Positions 27,370-43,774 of a DNA stretch of 64,000 bases are shown here, piece after piece (positions within the stretch are counted from its first letter, which is position 1; the number at the start of each line of letters is the position of its first letter). The position numbers were made by a program, and so were the translations under genes. Source of the stretch: the human T2T-CHM13v2.0 reference genome, Homo sapiens; the NCBI RefSeq assembly GCF_009914755.1, contig NC_060947.1. One strand, written 5' to 3'. Below the pieces are notes generated by a model that saw only the letters and a program-made list of their open reading frames with translations, was not told the DNA's origin and ran no database searches.

Positions 27370-28700
27370 GAAATCTAATCTCCAGGCACCAGAAGGAACA
27401 AAAATGCTCAGTGATAATTGGGACCTAAAGCCACATATCTTAGGCACCGAGTCCAGAAAAAGATAGAGATGCCTGAGAGTCTTCTCTAATGAGTATCAGA
27501 GAACCAATGGACCTCAGCTATGTCGGAAATCTAAAAATTGACTCACGAGGTGTAACCAACTGGGAAGGCAAGCAGAGCTTCCTCATTCATGAGTAAGGAG
27601 GTTAAAGATGCAGTTACTAAGAAATAAATAAAGATACAGCTACTTGTATAAAACTGAATTCCTAGGTGTCTACAAGTAACAAAAACAGATACTCAGAACC
27701 ATGGGCCATGCCTCTCCCACTTGGATTTCATGGATGGAACTGCAACCCATTGCCACCACTAAAACGCCTGGTTAGTGTCCCAAGGAATGGAGGCAGAGAC
27801 AGCAAGACGCTTAGTTAAGAGGGATGAGTGCAAAAAGAAACATCCCTCCAGGAAGAACCTTCCACCCAAGCTAAAATTCCAAAGCGTCTAGAGAAAATTA
27901 ATACTTTTTTAAAAAAGGCAATAAACTAAACAATGAGGTGATTTTCTTCACTAAATGCAAATTACAAGAAGGTCACAAAAGCCCTTAAAATACATTTTTA
28001 AGTAAAAACAGGAAGGTTAAACAGTGGATATTCAAAAGAGCCACTATCAACTAGATACACTGGAAATGTAAAATATATGAAATAAACACTCTATCGATAA
28101 GATAAACTTTAGATTAGATTAGATACAATCAGTGAAAGAATTAGGAAATTGGAAGACAGTAAAATGAATTCCCCTAAAAGGCATCGCAGAAATATGAAAG
28201 GATACAGAACATGAAGGACACATGGAAGATAAATTGAGAGGTACCAACATATGTCTAGAGTTTTAAAAAGGGGCTAGTAAAGAAGACCATTTGAAGAGAT
28301 TTTCAGAATTAAATAACACTTTCAATACAACACAAAAATTGCCAAATAGAGTGAATTAGATAAATTGTAACCTAGACACATAATAGTGAAACTGCAGAAT
28401 ATTAGGGATAAAGAGAAAAATATTTTAGAAGCTACAGAGAAACTAAAGACAGATTAAAACAAGCAAATGACAGTGTAACTACAGATGGCTTAAGAGAAGA
28501 AAAATAGATGCAAAAAGAAAATAAAGTAATACATTCAAATTGCTGAGGCCCAACTCAGAATTCTATACCCAGCCAAACTATTATTCAAGAGGAAAGGATT
28601 TTCAAACATTAAAACTAGGAGAGTTTGCCACTCACAGACTGCTGTGAAAGAACTTCTAAAGAATATACTTACTTGAGCATAAACTTGGAAGAAGGGTAAT
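27370..28700 (+). mobile_element. Highly degraded old L1 5'/ORF1 region
   Basis: A-rich, with ORF1-like text (gaattaggaaattggaagacag; cctagacacataatagtgaaactgcagaat; agaattctatacccagccaaactattattcaag). Confidence 0.65.
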
Positions 28701-29127
28701 CTGAAGCTAATATGAAATATACATGAATGAGATATATTATGAATTTTTACCTCATGAGAAATACACTTACCACGAATGCAAAGATTCTAGGCCTCTTTCA
28801 TTTTTCAGTTAGTTGTTGTAGCACCTTATATGATCAGCTGTGTTATGAATTACGGTCATATGTCTGTTTTTAATGTCTTGCTCTTATTAAATTTGCATAA
28901 TCTTAAAACTGGAAAAAATGTACCAATTAAATTTCTGTCACTGACAATGAATAATTCCATCAGTTCTGCTAGAAAAGATGATACAGGATGATAAATTTGC
29001 ACCTCAGGGGTGCTTACTAACACTGTAGCTGATGACATAAGGAAAACCCTTTCTGGAGATTATTTATGTCCATTATTTATGAATAATGAACAGTTTCTAA
29101 TATAAGTTTGTAAGGGATCTTTTTGAA

Positions 29128-29684
29128 TGTGAGGCTCTTTTGGATGTCCCCAAGACCACCTACATGTTCAGTGATTTGCTAGAAGAACTCATAGGACTCA
29201 ACATATAGTTGAACTCACAGCTAGGATTTATTAACAGTGAAACAGCAGGAACCTACAGACAGATCAGTAAGGAAAAAAGACACCTGTGGAATCTAGAAAA
29301 ATCTATCTGCAGGCTTCCTGTGCTCTCTCCCTCCCATGATAGGTCACACAGAGCATACTCTCCTCCCAGCAGCTAAAATTCAATCACATGTGTGCAGTGT
29401 TTCTGTCCAGGGAAGCCCGTTAGAGATTCAGTACCCAAGGATATTGAATTGGGCATGTAGACATCCTCTGCCTAGCAACTACCAAAATTCCAGACTTCCA
29501 GAAGGCAAGTGAATAATCAGTGCCCCATGTGGGCAAAATAATCTTATCATTTAGGGAAGCTTCTTATCAGTATAGGGAACTGTTTACCAGCCAAGTTCCT
29601 AGATGCCAACCGAGGGCAAATACTGCAAGTAGGCCTTTCTAAGATGGCAACCTCAGGCCTGCTACAGTAACTCTTTTCTGCACA
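29128..29684 (-). mobile_element. MER21-family solo LTR
   Basis: Minus strand starts TGTGCAGAAAAGAGTTACTGTAGCAGGCCTGA; ccccaagaccacc motif near the other end. Confidence 0.75.
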
Positions 29685-31895
29685 GAGACCTAACTGTATA
29701 GTTTTAATAGATTTTCCCATTACTTCCAAAAGCATATAATACAATTAACTTTTTCATTTTAGAAAATGTCAAGTCAATTGGAAAAATAATAAAATCTCTC
29801 TTAAGAGAACTTTATTTTAATATTTATAATATCTTTAAAAGACATCTAAGGCTTTGCTTCTTTGAATGATGGATAAATCTGTATTTAATGTCTTGGAGTT
29901 TTCAGGTTTCCAGTGCACTGATTATACTCTGCAGTCATGATCTTTATGGAAATATATTTATAGGAAAAGAAAAGATAATCTTGTTAAAAAGAAAACCTGG
30001 AGAGTGTAAAATATGTTTCATGTAGATTTTTAGAGTAGACATTCAGGTTCTACAGAATAGCATGCAAAAAGCATAGAAGGTACATTATATAACCCAGTTC
30101 TTTCAAGCTGTCTGTAATCTATGTAGCTTTCTAAAAACAAACCACCTCCATCTTTGTCATTTTTCAAAATAATGAGCTGTAAAACTATAATGATTACTTG
30201 CAGAAATACAAAGGGAAAAAAAACCCCAATCAGTAATTTTACCATGAAACAATGTAGGGAAAATAACTATCTGTAAATGAGCTATACTTAAGCACACTAG
30301 CCTGAGTTATTATTTGAGTTATTATTTTGAAGCAAAGTGCATTCAAGAAAATCAACACAGCATAATGGGTTTTATCTTTTATGCTTTCTCTCAAAATTTG
30401 TGAATTTCTATAACCATGCATGCTGCAAAGTTTGATATGTGTGTGTGTATGTGTGTACACACACACACATATACCACATACATACATATTTATAATGCTT
30501 TAACACTTAGGTGATTATTTCTGGAAAGCTTTGTATGTCAGCAAATTATCTGACCCTTATCTTTAGGACTGATACACATCCGTAGTACTATGTTCATTAG
30601 ACTTATATAAATCATATACAGAACAAAAATTATTATATAAGTAGAATATTATTTAATGAGCAATGATACTAAATAATAAAGTATCACAAAACATGAATTT
30701 ATTGTGAAAAAAGACCAGCAAATTTTATATAAGCAAAATCCAGTTGCCCCTTATAGATATATCTTTGTAAAGAAAAAGAAGAATCTGTAACCTGATTTTC
30801 ATTTTGAAGGAATATCTGTGAATTAAAAGCACACATGCTATCTCTGTTCCCTTTTAGCTGGCTGATCATGTGAATGTAATGAATCTTATTATACCAGTGA
30901 ACAATATGGCTTAGTAGACTAACTGGAGCCAGTGATGTGTAGTCATTAATTGAAAGTTAGACCAATCAATATAGTTGTGGGTTTTTCTCTAGACATATCA
31001 AGCTCTTCAGGTACTTAGCATGGAGTGAACAGACAGGTAGGTTTAACTGGGATGGATGTTTAGCTTGGCAAGTATGATGCAGCGAGCATGGTCAAGGGAA
31101 CGATTATAATGGTATCCCATGGAAACTAAGAGGAAAGAAAGAAATACAGGCACAAGAGGGTAGTTAGGTCAATGAACTGGATGCCTCAATGAAGTTTTTT
31201 TTTAAGTGATGACATGAAGGTATTAGAGACTATGTAAACCATATGAATTAGATACAGTGGCTGGTGTGTGCTTTAGATATCAAACATATGATTATGGGGG
31301 TAGGTAGCTGAGGAGTGGGGAAGTAAATGTTATTAGAACTGAGGAACCAGGGTGCTGACATCATCTACATGAAGATTAGTCACCAATAATAGTGACAGAA
31401 GTAGGCATGAGAAAAAAATATTGTTCCAAGTGCTGAAATATGTAGGGACTAAGGAAGTAGGAGAACAGTAGGTGATGGTGGCTTATGTAATAGAATGAAC
31501 TTCATGTGAACAAAGGATAGTCATATTTTCCTGCTTACTTCATTAGATTTTGTGAGACTCAAATGAGATACTGTCTGGCAAACCACAATATACCCGTGAA
31601 AAGGTACAAAGTAGTGTGTATGTGTAAAAGCCTTTAGTTTTACCAAATGCTTTGTGCCCTGATTTCTCTGCCTACAAAATACGGGTAAATATAATATCCT
31701 TTCCTGCTTCACAGGAGATTAGAAAGTTAAGTGACATGATGTATATGAATTTGTTTTGAGGCTTTGTGGGGAAAAAGTTCTTCCCCTAACAGTGTTTAGA
31801 GTCATCATTTAGCTCTTGAGAGTTCTGTGTAGCGTGCTGGTGCTCTGGATCACACCCTGAGTATCAGATAACATTCTTTTTATCTTTGATTTCAG

Positions 31896-31944
31896 ACATT
31901 TCAGCAGTCCTCACTGCAGCACAAATCAAAGAAGAAAAACAAAG
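31896..31944 (+). CDS. CNKSR2: CNKSR2 coding exon (probably exon 14), 49 nt, phase 0-1: TFQQSSLQHKSKKKNK(G)
   Basis: Acceptor tctttgatttcag, donor AAG|gtaaga. Bridges the neighbouring exons in frame. Confidence 0.95.
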
Positions 31945-32293
31945 GTAAGAAAAGGAAATGAAACCTTTACCTGCTTATTTTGCTCTTTGATAATCCCCAA
32001 CACACTTCATCCATGCCCTCTTTCTTGCCTGAGCCCAGTGTGGTTTAGAAGAGCACAACCCCCTTGTGCGAAAGCTGCCAGCTTCTTCTTCAGTGCAATT
32101 ATAATACAAGGTACCTTTTACAACAAATGATCTCAATAAGTTTTGAGAGTGGTGTTACATATTTCTGATTAAGATGTGTGTCACTTATGTGAGGGAAAAT
32201 ATTAAAGATTTTTATATTTTTCTAGTCTAATACAATATAAAAATTTTTAAGATTTTCAAGAACTCATACTTCTTTTTGGTATCTATAGATTAA

Positions 32294-32524
<231 letters not shown>

Positions 32525-33622
32525 TAAAGCACCTTTTGTTTTCTCATCCATTCTCTATCTTTAATCAAAAGAATCATTTTGAGACTTATATTTTAAAATC
32601 GTATAATCACCTTAAGGCCAATTCAGTAGACTTCTGCTAGGTATTTTTCAATCCACCCTCTTAAAATGATTGCATGTTGGGGTTCTAGAAAGATAGCTGT
32701 CTCAATTATGCTAATGTAGCAACATATCTGAAACACAGATAAAGTGTAGTAAAATTCTGTATATCTAAATAAAAATGCGAAGCTAATCCAAGCAGTAGCT
32801 TAACTAAAAGGATTATATGTGGAAATTTGACATTAATTTTTAAATGTCTTGCTTTTGTTCAAAATTTTACACTTTTTTCTGGTTTTTTTTTTCTTTTTAG
32901 AAGTGGGGAAGGGGAAGCCCTTTACTAATTTAAGTAAACTAATACCACCTGAATTTATTTCCATTTTTCTTTAAAAATGATCTAGTAGACTAGTTTTGAA
33001 AATCTGCAAGTATTCATTTCACTTGGCCCAGTGGGGGGGTATATATATAATACATTTAAATTATTCTTATGATTTTCTGGGGTGTTTTAATATAACAGAT
33101 TTATATCCAGAGGAGTCATATCAAAACTTATTACGTATCTTGACAGATATGCCAAAAACATTTGTTGATATTCCCTTTATTCTGCATTTGCTTTTATTCC
33201 TTTGCTATAGCCATCTACTAGTTCACTTTATTAGTTTTTTAAAACAATGATTTCTGCTATTTCCTTATTTTATAAAAAATGTACATGGCTTAATGTAGTG
33301 TGCTGGGTGAATAGTCCAATACTATTATGTTAAGACATTCATCAATTTGCATTTGAATATTGTTGAAATATAATTTAACAACATTATTATGCCTACGATT
33401 ACAAAACATAATATCTAGATAATTTTATGTTCCCTAGACAGGTTATAATGTAGTGTTATGTTGTGTTTAAGAGTAGACTCAGAAATCATACCACCTGAGT
33501 TACTGTGCCATAGTTTCTTCATCTGCAAAATGAGAGTAATAATAATGCTTATCACTGGACTATCATATGGATGAAATGAATCAATGCCTGGCACATACTG
33601 AGTGTTCAATAAACATGTGGTA

Positions 33623-33933
<311 letters not shown>

Positions 33934-35183
33934 TCATTTTATTTGTAAAATCTTGAATTAATATTTTTCTATTTAATGTAAATGTCTATATCACCTATAT
34001 AAAAATATTTGGTTGTTTTCTGTACTTTTGACATTTTTGTGGCAAATCACACAATTACCTAAAATACCCTCTGCTTCGCTAAGTGTGTCTTATTTTAAAT
34101 GTAGGAAACAAGCCATAATTTTACCTACAGTTTCATTTAATAGATATATATTAAATACTTTTTATATGCCAATCAAATATTATCAAGATATAGTATCTCC
34201 ATGTTTCTCTTTATTGTAAGGTCACTTGCAGGTTTGTCTGCCACATACTAGATTATATCCTGTCTTTCAAAGTTTAAGTGATGAAAAACTGTGGCCCCTT
34301 TTTGTTGAACTAAGTTTCATTCAGCAAGTTATTGTTACTGTTAGCCTTGTGAGAGATGAGTGAAGAATTCTACAGTATACATTGCAAGAAATACCTTTAA
34401 TATGATAATATTTTTAGGAGAAATGTAAAAATCCCTCATCACATCATTATGGGGAGATAATAACTACCTCAAAATATTTTAAATTGTTCAAAATTTTAAA
34501 TATTTACATTATGAATGTCAAGGGTAAAGTAACATAGAAATTAAAGTTGGGAAAAGGATTTAAAAATACTGTCTTGTCCTTACTCCAAGATTGGAAGAAA
34601 AAATATTCAAATACTGAAAAAGTTTAATACTACTCTTTTTCATAACACATATTCAGTCACTATCAGTAGCATCAGATTTTTGTTTTGCGTGGAAGCTTAG
34701 CAGTGAAAGCAGTCATACAAATATACAATCTAAAAGAATCGAGAACTCTTTTTTTCCTCTGTGATAGTGGATGGGAGTATAATCTCACTTGAACTTGATA
34801 TATAAGGAGCTATGGATATAGCACAGATCAAATGAAAGTTAGAGATAGTAAAACTCAGAGGAGCTTGATCATGAGCAGAACAAGGGATACAATGATTAAA
34901 GCATTTAGCAAAAGATAGTTTTAGCTTAGTTGGGATAACTCGTATCTAACATAATATTTTGGATAATTCTTCTATCTTGTTTTTCCATCCAGCATTAGAG
35001 AGAGCAGGATTTTATGGATTTTATTCCATTTTCCAGGTGAAAAATGACCTTTATATATATATAGCACATACCCCAAGCCAGATATTTGAAAGTCAGATTG
35101 ACCTATTTCATTTGTAAACTCTTGAATGCACAGAATAATTGTTATAAGACGCTGATGAGCTTGCAGAGAAGACAAGAATACTT

Positions 35184-35819
35184 ATATACTGTTGGTGAGA
35201 GTATAAATTAGTTCAGCCATTGTGGAAAGCAGTGTGGCAGTACCTCAAAGAGCTAAAAGCAGAACTACCATTCCACCCAGCAGTCCCATTACAGGGTATA
35301 TACCCAGAGGAATGTAAATCTTTCTACCATAAAGACACATGCACGTGAATGTTCATTGCAGCACTATTCGTGATAGCAAAGACATGAATCGACCTAAATG
35401 CATATCACTGACAGATTGGATAAAGAAAATGTGGTACATATACACCATGGAATACTACGCAGCCATAAAAAGAATGAGATTATGTCTTTTGCAGGAACGT
35501 GGATGGAGCTGGAGGCTATTATCCTTTGCAAATAAATGCAGGAACAGAAAACCAAATACCACGTGTTCTCACTCATATGTGAGAACTGAATAATGAGAAC
35601 TCATGCACACAAAGAAGGGAACAGACACTGGGGCCTACTTGAGTAGGGTGGATGGGAGGAGGGAGAGGAGCAGAAAGAATAACTATTGGGTACCAGGATT
35701 AGTGCCTGGGTGATGAAATAATCTGTACAAAAAACCCCTGTGACACGCATTTACCTGTATAACAAACCTTCACGTGTACCCCTGAACCTAAAATAAAAGT
35801 TAAAAATAATTAAATAAAA
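35184..35819 (+). mobile_element. 5'-truncated L1 3' end (L1PA15/16-like)
   Basis: End of ORF2 ([19 protein letters not shown]) and 3'UTR ending tgtacccctgaacctaaaataaaagttaaaaa. Confidence 0.92.
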
Positions 35820-36276
35820 GATCATTGTTGCATAATTAGAGAAAATCAAATTTGATAAGAGATTTGTTGGAGGAAAATTGAATCAGTGAACATCCCTATA
35901 TTTTACATCTGAACATTAAGAAAATAGAAAATTGTGAATTACAAAAGTGGACTACATTTATTTTATATGTTATAGAAGTGTATGTATGTTCTGACCAGAA
36001 AATTAGTTATAAAACACATTCCACTTTGAGAATTAAAGAATTTTCCATTCTCATTTTAATATGAAAAAGACTTTTTAAAAGTTCTATACTTTAATTTGTA
36101 GTATTCTAAGTGTTCAAAATATATCTTCAATTTATGGAGTACAGCAGGTAAGCATTGAATTCTTATCTCTAAAATGTCAAATTTAAGGAATTAAAGGAAC
36201 GGATTTATTAGTACAGATATCTAAGCCATAGTTACAGAGTATCATTACCTTCACACCTTTGTATATAATAAACTAA

Positions 36277-36371
<95 letters not shown>

Positions 36372-36624
36372 GTAAGTTGATTTTATTTGGGAAGAGGGAA
36401 CGATAGTTTTTTTTTTTAATTTCCAGCTTTTAAATTATAGGTTGCTCATTTAATGCTTTCACATTGAGGTAATAAGAAAGCAGTTTTGTGGGCAGAAAAT
36501 TGAACTTTTTACTGATTTCTGTCACCATGATAGAAGCATTATATATGTGAACTCGGGTTAGATGTTGAGGTAATTTTGCCCGTCAGAATTATTTGGTTCA
36601 AACTTATTTCCCAATTTGTAATAA

Positions 36625-36720
<96 letters not shown>

Positions 36721-37429
36721 TAAAGTATTTCAGAGTATGTAGAAGGTCAGTGAGGCCTAGAATTCTAAATTTTCTACAGTAATTCTTAGAGAATAATGTC
36801 ACTGAAGTTTCTAGGTCAATCAGTTTAAAATAAAATAGACCCAGAATAGCTCCATGCAGCCATATCTAATTTTAAAGAACATCATTTAAAAAGTCAAAAT
36901 AAACTCGTTAAATATTTTTGTCAAGTTTACCAAGACCATATACAGACCCAAAAAAATCTACCACCAAAAAAAGGGGATTTTTTAAGTTCATTTCAATAAT
37001 ATGTCTTAAAATTGACTCCCAGATGGGGGAAAAAGAGATGTCTACCAAAAAATCGGACTTTTTGAAGTACTGAGTATTTTTGACAGAATATTCATCTCAA
37101 TAATTCAGGCCTAAGAAAAATTAGTATTTCTTTCTGTCACTTTTCATCTTTCACCTGACAGGACCACAACCAACAAATCAGATAGCTCAGTGGTTACTTG
37201 GTGGCTCAGGGAAAACTTATATGTACATTTTTTTTCTTTTCTCATCACCTACCACATTCTGCTTCATGTTAATACTTTGGCTTTTATGAATTTTGTGCTT
37301 TCTTCCTTTCTCTTTCCTTTCCCCTCTTCCTTTTCTAGAATTATAGAAATTGAGCTTAAGATTCAAAATTTTCCTCCTTTCTATAACTTACTAGCCAGTA
37401 CATATTACAAATATAACTTGCCTACAGTT

Positions 37430-37800
37430 AGGGAGAGGCAGCATAGCATCATGGTCAGGAGCATGGACTTTGCAACCAGACTCTCTAAATCCCAGCTCTA
37501 CCACTTAATAGCTGTACAGCCTTGGACAAAGAACATGACCTCTTCATTCCAATATAGTAATGTCCAATCTATACAAGAGGTGGATGGGGCTAATAACCAG
37601 CCCAATCTCAGCTCTACACTGATTAGCTGTGAGACCTTGGGCAAGAAACTGAACCTCTCTATGCTGAGGTATTAGCCCTTTAATAAAGTGAAAATAAGAC
37701 TGACCCCTATCAGTAAGACTTTTATAAGGAGTAAATAAGCATACATAAAGGACTTAGAACAGTGCCTGCTAAATTATAAGTACTATATAAATGTTTACTA
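37430..37800 (+). mobile_element. Two adjacent MIR fragments
   Basis: gggagaggcagcatagcatcatggtcaggagcatggacttt and agctgtgagaccttgggcaag...cttagaacagtgcctg. Confidence 0.75.
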
Positions 37801-39324
37801 TTAATATATATTCCTTTTATATACGTTGGGTTCTTACTCCATCTACCTTTCTCTAAAACAATTGTACCCAGGCATTTTTAAGCACAAAACTGTATAGCTG
37901 CATAAATTTGCTTGAACATACTAAATGAACACTTAATGTCCTTTTATAAATAATCTTGTTCTTTGACATTTGGGAATACAAACATGTTTTTTTTTTTTCA
38001 AAGCAAGGATATGAATACAAGTAAATGGCAAAGAAAGATGGTGTTGAGAGCACTTGATTAAAACTTTTATTACTAATAAAGGAATTGAGCCTTTCGTATA
38101 GTTTCCATAATCTTCTCTTAATTCATATAACTTATCATTCTTGAAATTTCACACCAAGCTATAAAATTTAAATAGTTTTTTCTCCTTGTTCTCAAAATGA
38201 AAATATTTATTCACATTCACATGGAGAAGGAGAGGTGTGATACTCCATTTTATGTTTTAATTATTTTATAATTCCACTGTTCTAGTACTTACTATCCATT
38301 TTACCATATGTTAAGCTCAATACCCTTGGGATAAATACGAAGAATTTTCATCATGACCACACTGAAATTAAGTGGCATACATGAGCATATCGTATCTTAC
38401 AAGATGGATGCACTAGAATCCAGCCAACTCCAAGAATTAATACAATGTAATCATTCACAATACATGCTAATTGGGATCTTTTTAAGCTTAGAAGTTGCCT
38501 CTTTCAAAGTGCATTTTATGAACTATAAAATCCTTCTTGGCCCTCATTACCCACCCCAAGTTAGCAGTAGCTTCAAAAGGATGCTGATGTCACTGCTCTT
38601 TCCTAATATTTTGTGGCTGTATCTGGTTCGGGATATCGCAGAAACTAAACCAAATTTGTGTGGTTCATTTTGTTGGTTTTCTAAGCAATAGGTGAAAGAA
38701 AAAAAGTGAAACATTAAAAAGGCCGTCTCCACATTATACATTTAAAAGTGCTGTTTTATGTAAAGCCTGCCATGGCCCACTACAACTTTAAGAATTTAAT
38801 TGTCCCAAAATACTGAATTTTATTTTAATTTAATTAAAATGGATTTTTATTGTTTTGCTTTGAATTTTGCTTTCTAAAAAATAACCCTATTCCTAATGTC
38901 TACTTTCAATGGGAAGATTTTTAATTACTTGTTAATAGAAGGGGGAAAGAGTCAGTGCTACAAATATTCACAGAGGATTAATGATGGGGAGGAACACCCA
39001 CCTACAGCTTTGTCAAGTCACCTGACTGTTACATAACAGCAAGATGATCTGGGTGTTGGTTTGTTCTATATGTAATCTTTTAAAAGCATGTATCTAAGCC
39101 TTCAAGAGATTATATATTTATAAAAATTATTATAATTATATAATGTATGTGATTATTTCATAATTTTTTAATATCATACCTACTTCTTATGAAAATACAC
39201 CATGTTTCAGAGAAATATATTTTTCTGTTCCTCATTTAAAAAAAACAAATGTAATGCTGGTGGTGACAGGACCTAGTAATTGGTGTTAAAAAGTTATCCT
39301 TACATTTAATTTTCTTCTGTAAAA

Positions 39325-39332
39325 TCATACAC

Positions 39333-39367
<35 letters not shown>

Positions 39368-39405
39368 ACAAATATTTATATATGTGTATACATACACATA
39401 CACAT
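39325..39405. repeat. Compound (TA)n(CA)n microsatellite / low-complexity tract
   Basis: Read directly. Confidence 0.85.
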
Positions 39406-40583
39406 AGAATATTAAAATATCACCTTCTATTTTGAGAAGCAGTAAGTTTGATTGTGAGGTCATTTGCAAAAACACTTTTAGGCACCCCACTACTGTTCAT
39501 CTGTTTCATCAGAAATAAGCACTGAAACATTAAAAACTGATTTTTTTCTTGTCTGTGTAAAATCTGTGGGGATAAAATAAAACATCATAGTACTCAGGTA
39601 TTCTGAAGACTTATTTACTGAATTTGTTTGGCCTATATATTCCTTACCATGTCAGTACACATGTTCTTGTAATTGTGATGACTCACCAATTCCTATTTGG
39701 TAATTATTATTTATACATTTCTCTCATGGTTCTTTCTCTTATTTCCCTCCAAACACATTATTCTTTGTCAGTTGTGAATATCTCCTTTGAATGTTTGCTA
39801 TAGGTTCAATATCACCTTACCTGTATTTTCCTATTTTAAAGCATTGGTGATATGGTAAGGTACTGACTGAATTTAGACCTGCTATTAAATATCTTCCTCA
39901 TAAATATATTGAATAGATTCTAAATTCAATATTGTATCTCTGACCATCTTACCTAAAATAGCCTTCCCTCATCCGCAGCATCTTTGGCATTCTAATTTTC
40001 TAACTTGCTTGCTTGTCTGTTTTTAAATAGCATTTGCTACTATTTCACATATGTTTATTTGCATCCCTGTTTAGTGTTTATCTCCGTCACTAAGATATGG
40101 AAATCATGAAGGCAGGCACTTTGTTTTATCTCTGTATCCCAGGTACCTGGCACATATAGCTGTTAATAAATGTTGCTTGAATCAGTTGATGCATATGTGT
40201 CTGCTTTCATAATAACCTAAAATATTAAATTATAACTGTAACAAGTAAATCAGTAAGTATCTTCTAGTTTAATCCTAAAGGATAAGTTTATCCAAGATAG
40301 CACCAACAATTGTGTTGTATTTAGCCCCTTGTGGCTCTACACAGTGGCCTGAGTATATCCACACACTTTCTAAACAATTTTTCTTCAATTAACAAAATTT
40401 TTCTTCTTAAGAATAGTTTAAACTTTCAATTGTCTTGTGAAACTTAGTAAATCTAGAGTTAATTGAAGGCAGAAATTACGTCTTATTTATTTCCGTATCC
40501 CTAAAACATAGCTTATTGTTCAGCACATAGCAGACACTTAATAAATGCTGTTGAAGTGAAAAATTGAGCAAGCCCCTTTTTAG

Positions 40584-40984
<401 letters not shown>

Positions 40985-42542
40985 TTCAGTGATATTTTTT
41001 AAAGTAGTAAAGATAAGGCACTGGATTAAAATTCAATGATAAATTTTTCTTTAGTGGTATTATCATCATTTTCACCAAAAAGCACCAGGCCAGTCTTTCC
41101 CAAGAGTGGTAAGATATGCCTTGTGGTACAAATTTAACCCCTTTTTCACTGCAAATCAACTTAGACTAAATTTTAACTTTGAACTTTTACTAATGATTAG
41201 AGTCATTTTTAAAACATTGTCATGAAGTTTACTTCTTGATTTATAGCTTATAATTTTCTGGATGTGTGTGTGTGTGTCTATATATATACCATGCTACTGA
41301 ATTCATTTGATAATCTTTATTTTATTCCAGTTCTACTCCAGTCTTTTCTTCACTTCCCAAATGTACCTGAGGTGATAATTACATTGTAGGTTTTGCTAAA
41401 ATAAAGTTAGGTTTTAATTGACCTATTCTTACAATTAAAGCTTAAATTTCCATAGATGCGATTTTGTCTATTAGAGACAGGAATTTCCTCACTTTTCAAG
41501 ATTCAAGATATTCTAAGTATCTGATGCACAGTTAACACCATTTGGCATAAATGATGAAATATGAGTCACTTCAAAGAATGTGATCTTTCACTTGACAGGG
41601 AAGATAAATGTCTTAGGAGAAAAAGTTCTCAAACACAATTTTTTCTTAAAAATATATCTAGATTAGATTATTCCACAACTTAATGACATTAACCATACTA
41701 GTGATTCTGGACATATTCAAGCTAGCTTGAAATGTAGGTTTTTCTTCAATTTCTGATTTGGGAAAGTATATGGATTATGGCTCAGGATTGACCAAAGGGA
41801 AATTTGCATGTTGTTTAAAGACTTGTGATTAGATAATCTGATAGTGTAAATAGTTGAAATAATGAACATAAGGAGAGCCCTGGTGGGACAAAAGAAAGAC
41901 AGTAAAACTGTGCTTTGCTTTAGGCAGTCCCTACATTGGCAATAGCAGCACTACAGAAAGAGCAAAGAACTGAGATTTATTTTTAACTTACAATTGCTCA
42001 TGAAAATACATGTTCAAGATCTAAACAGATGTTAAAATTGTATAAGTTCATTGTGTCTTTGGAAAACCCCATACCCTTGTATTTAGAGACAAGTGTCCGA
42101 AGTACTCCCAAGATGTGTTTCCTGTTAGATTGTTAAATAAGCTTAATCAAAACTATGATTTCATAATAAAACTATTATTTTGACAGGCAAGGTCCATAAC
42201 TTTTTTCCCTCATCAGAATAAATTGAACCTGATACTGTTTAAATATCTCTAAAGGAGCATTTGCTCTGAAGAAACAGAACAGCAGGAATATTTGGAGTAC
42301 TTCTACATTTGGAACAATAGAATTAATATGGCTTTGGTCATCTCCAAACCCTTTATGTTACAGATATTAACAGCTTTGCCCAAGACTTTTCTATTGAAGT
42401 AGCATCTTTGGTATGGGAGCAATTTGTACTATAGCAAATTGTATCTCATTAAAGATTCTATGTATCAATAGTAGCAAAGAACACATCTTATATGTAGGAT
42501 TATTCCGTATATTCTTAGACATTTTAAAATAAATGTTTCTAG

Positions 42543-42686
<144 letters not shown>

Positions 42687-43435
42687 TAAAATAATTATGT
42701 TATACTTTTTTTCCTGCAGTTATCCTATACAGAAATTCATTGCTATCACTTGAGAGAAAATACATGTCAATTTTTGGTTATTTCTCTTCTAGGCACTTAA
42801 GTGAGGTTTAACAACTTATATAGATAGGGACTGAACGCTCAAATTTTTGGAGCAGCTAGTGTGGAGTTCTCTCCTATTTGTTACCCCCTCCTCCCATCTC
42901 TTTCCTATGAAGAAACAAAATCTTAAAAATGGAAAAAGTCTATAATAGGTCTTATGATTGAACCAAGTCCAGATCCTTAGCAGTGAGCAATTTTTACTAT
43001 TTAGCAGTTTTATAGACATTTAAGTGGCCTTTTATGCAAAGAAATGAGATGATCTTTTCTTTCTTAAATTTTCTCATTTGGTAATGTTCTTCAGCTCTGT
43101 TACTGTGTAACTCTGTGATCTTATGGAATTTGCCTTGGTATTGACCTCAGATTTATGAAACACAGTGTTATGGTGCAGAATTGAAATCTTAAGAACAAAA
43201 GCTGTGGTCATCGTTCTTAGGTGGCTTCACATTTCCCAAAGGGTGTTTGTTGTACATCCCTTGGAAACGTAAATAGGTTTTTGAAATTATCTGTTAAAAG
43301 AATCCACAGATTGACATACTTATAAACACAAACCTATTCGTAGTTGTGTCTTCAGTGGGCATAGCCAGTTTATTGATGTGGAGATTCTAAAAGCCTTCTG
43401 TTTCCTTTTAGACTTAGAGTAAAATCTCAGCCAGG

Positions 43436-43774
43436 TTTTGTTTTTTTTGTTTGTTTGTTTGTTTGTTTGTTTTTTTGAAGTAACGTCTCACTCCGATGCC
43501 CAGGCTGAAGTGCGGTGGCGTGATCTTGATCTTGACTCACTGCAGCCTCGACCTCCCAGGTTCAACGATCCTCCCACCTCAGCCTCCTGAGTAGCTGGGA
43601 CCACAGGCACACACCACCACAACTGGCTAATTTTTGTTTTTATTTTTGCTTGTTGTTTTTTGTAGAGACGGAATTTTGCCATGTTGCCCATGCTGGTCCC
43701 AAACCCCCGGGCTCAAGCGATTCACCGATCTCCCAAAATGCTGGGATTACAGGCATGAGCCATCGTGCCTGGCC
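43436..43774 (-). mobile_element. AluJ-type SINE with (TTTG)n tail
   Basis: Reverse Alu body. tcagcca on both flanks is a probable TSD. Confidence 0.92.

Noticed and set aside
37190-37675. 161-aa plus-strand ORF
   Set aside because: Runs through a T-rich tract and MIR sequence; no protein-like signal.
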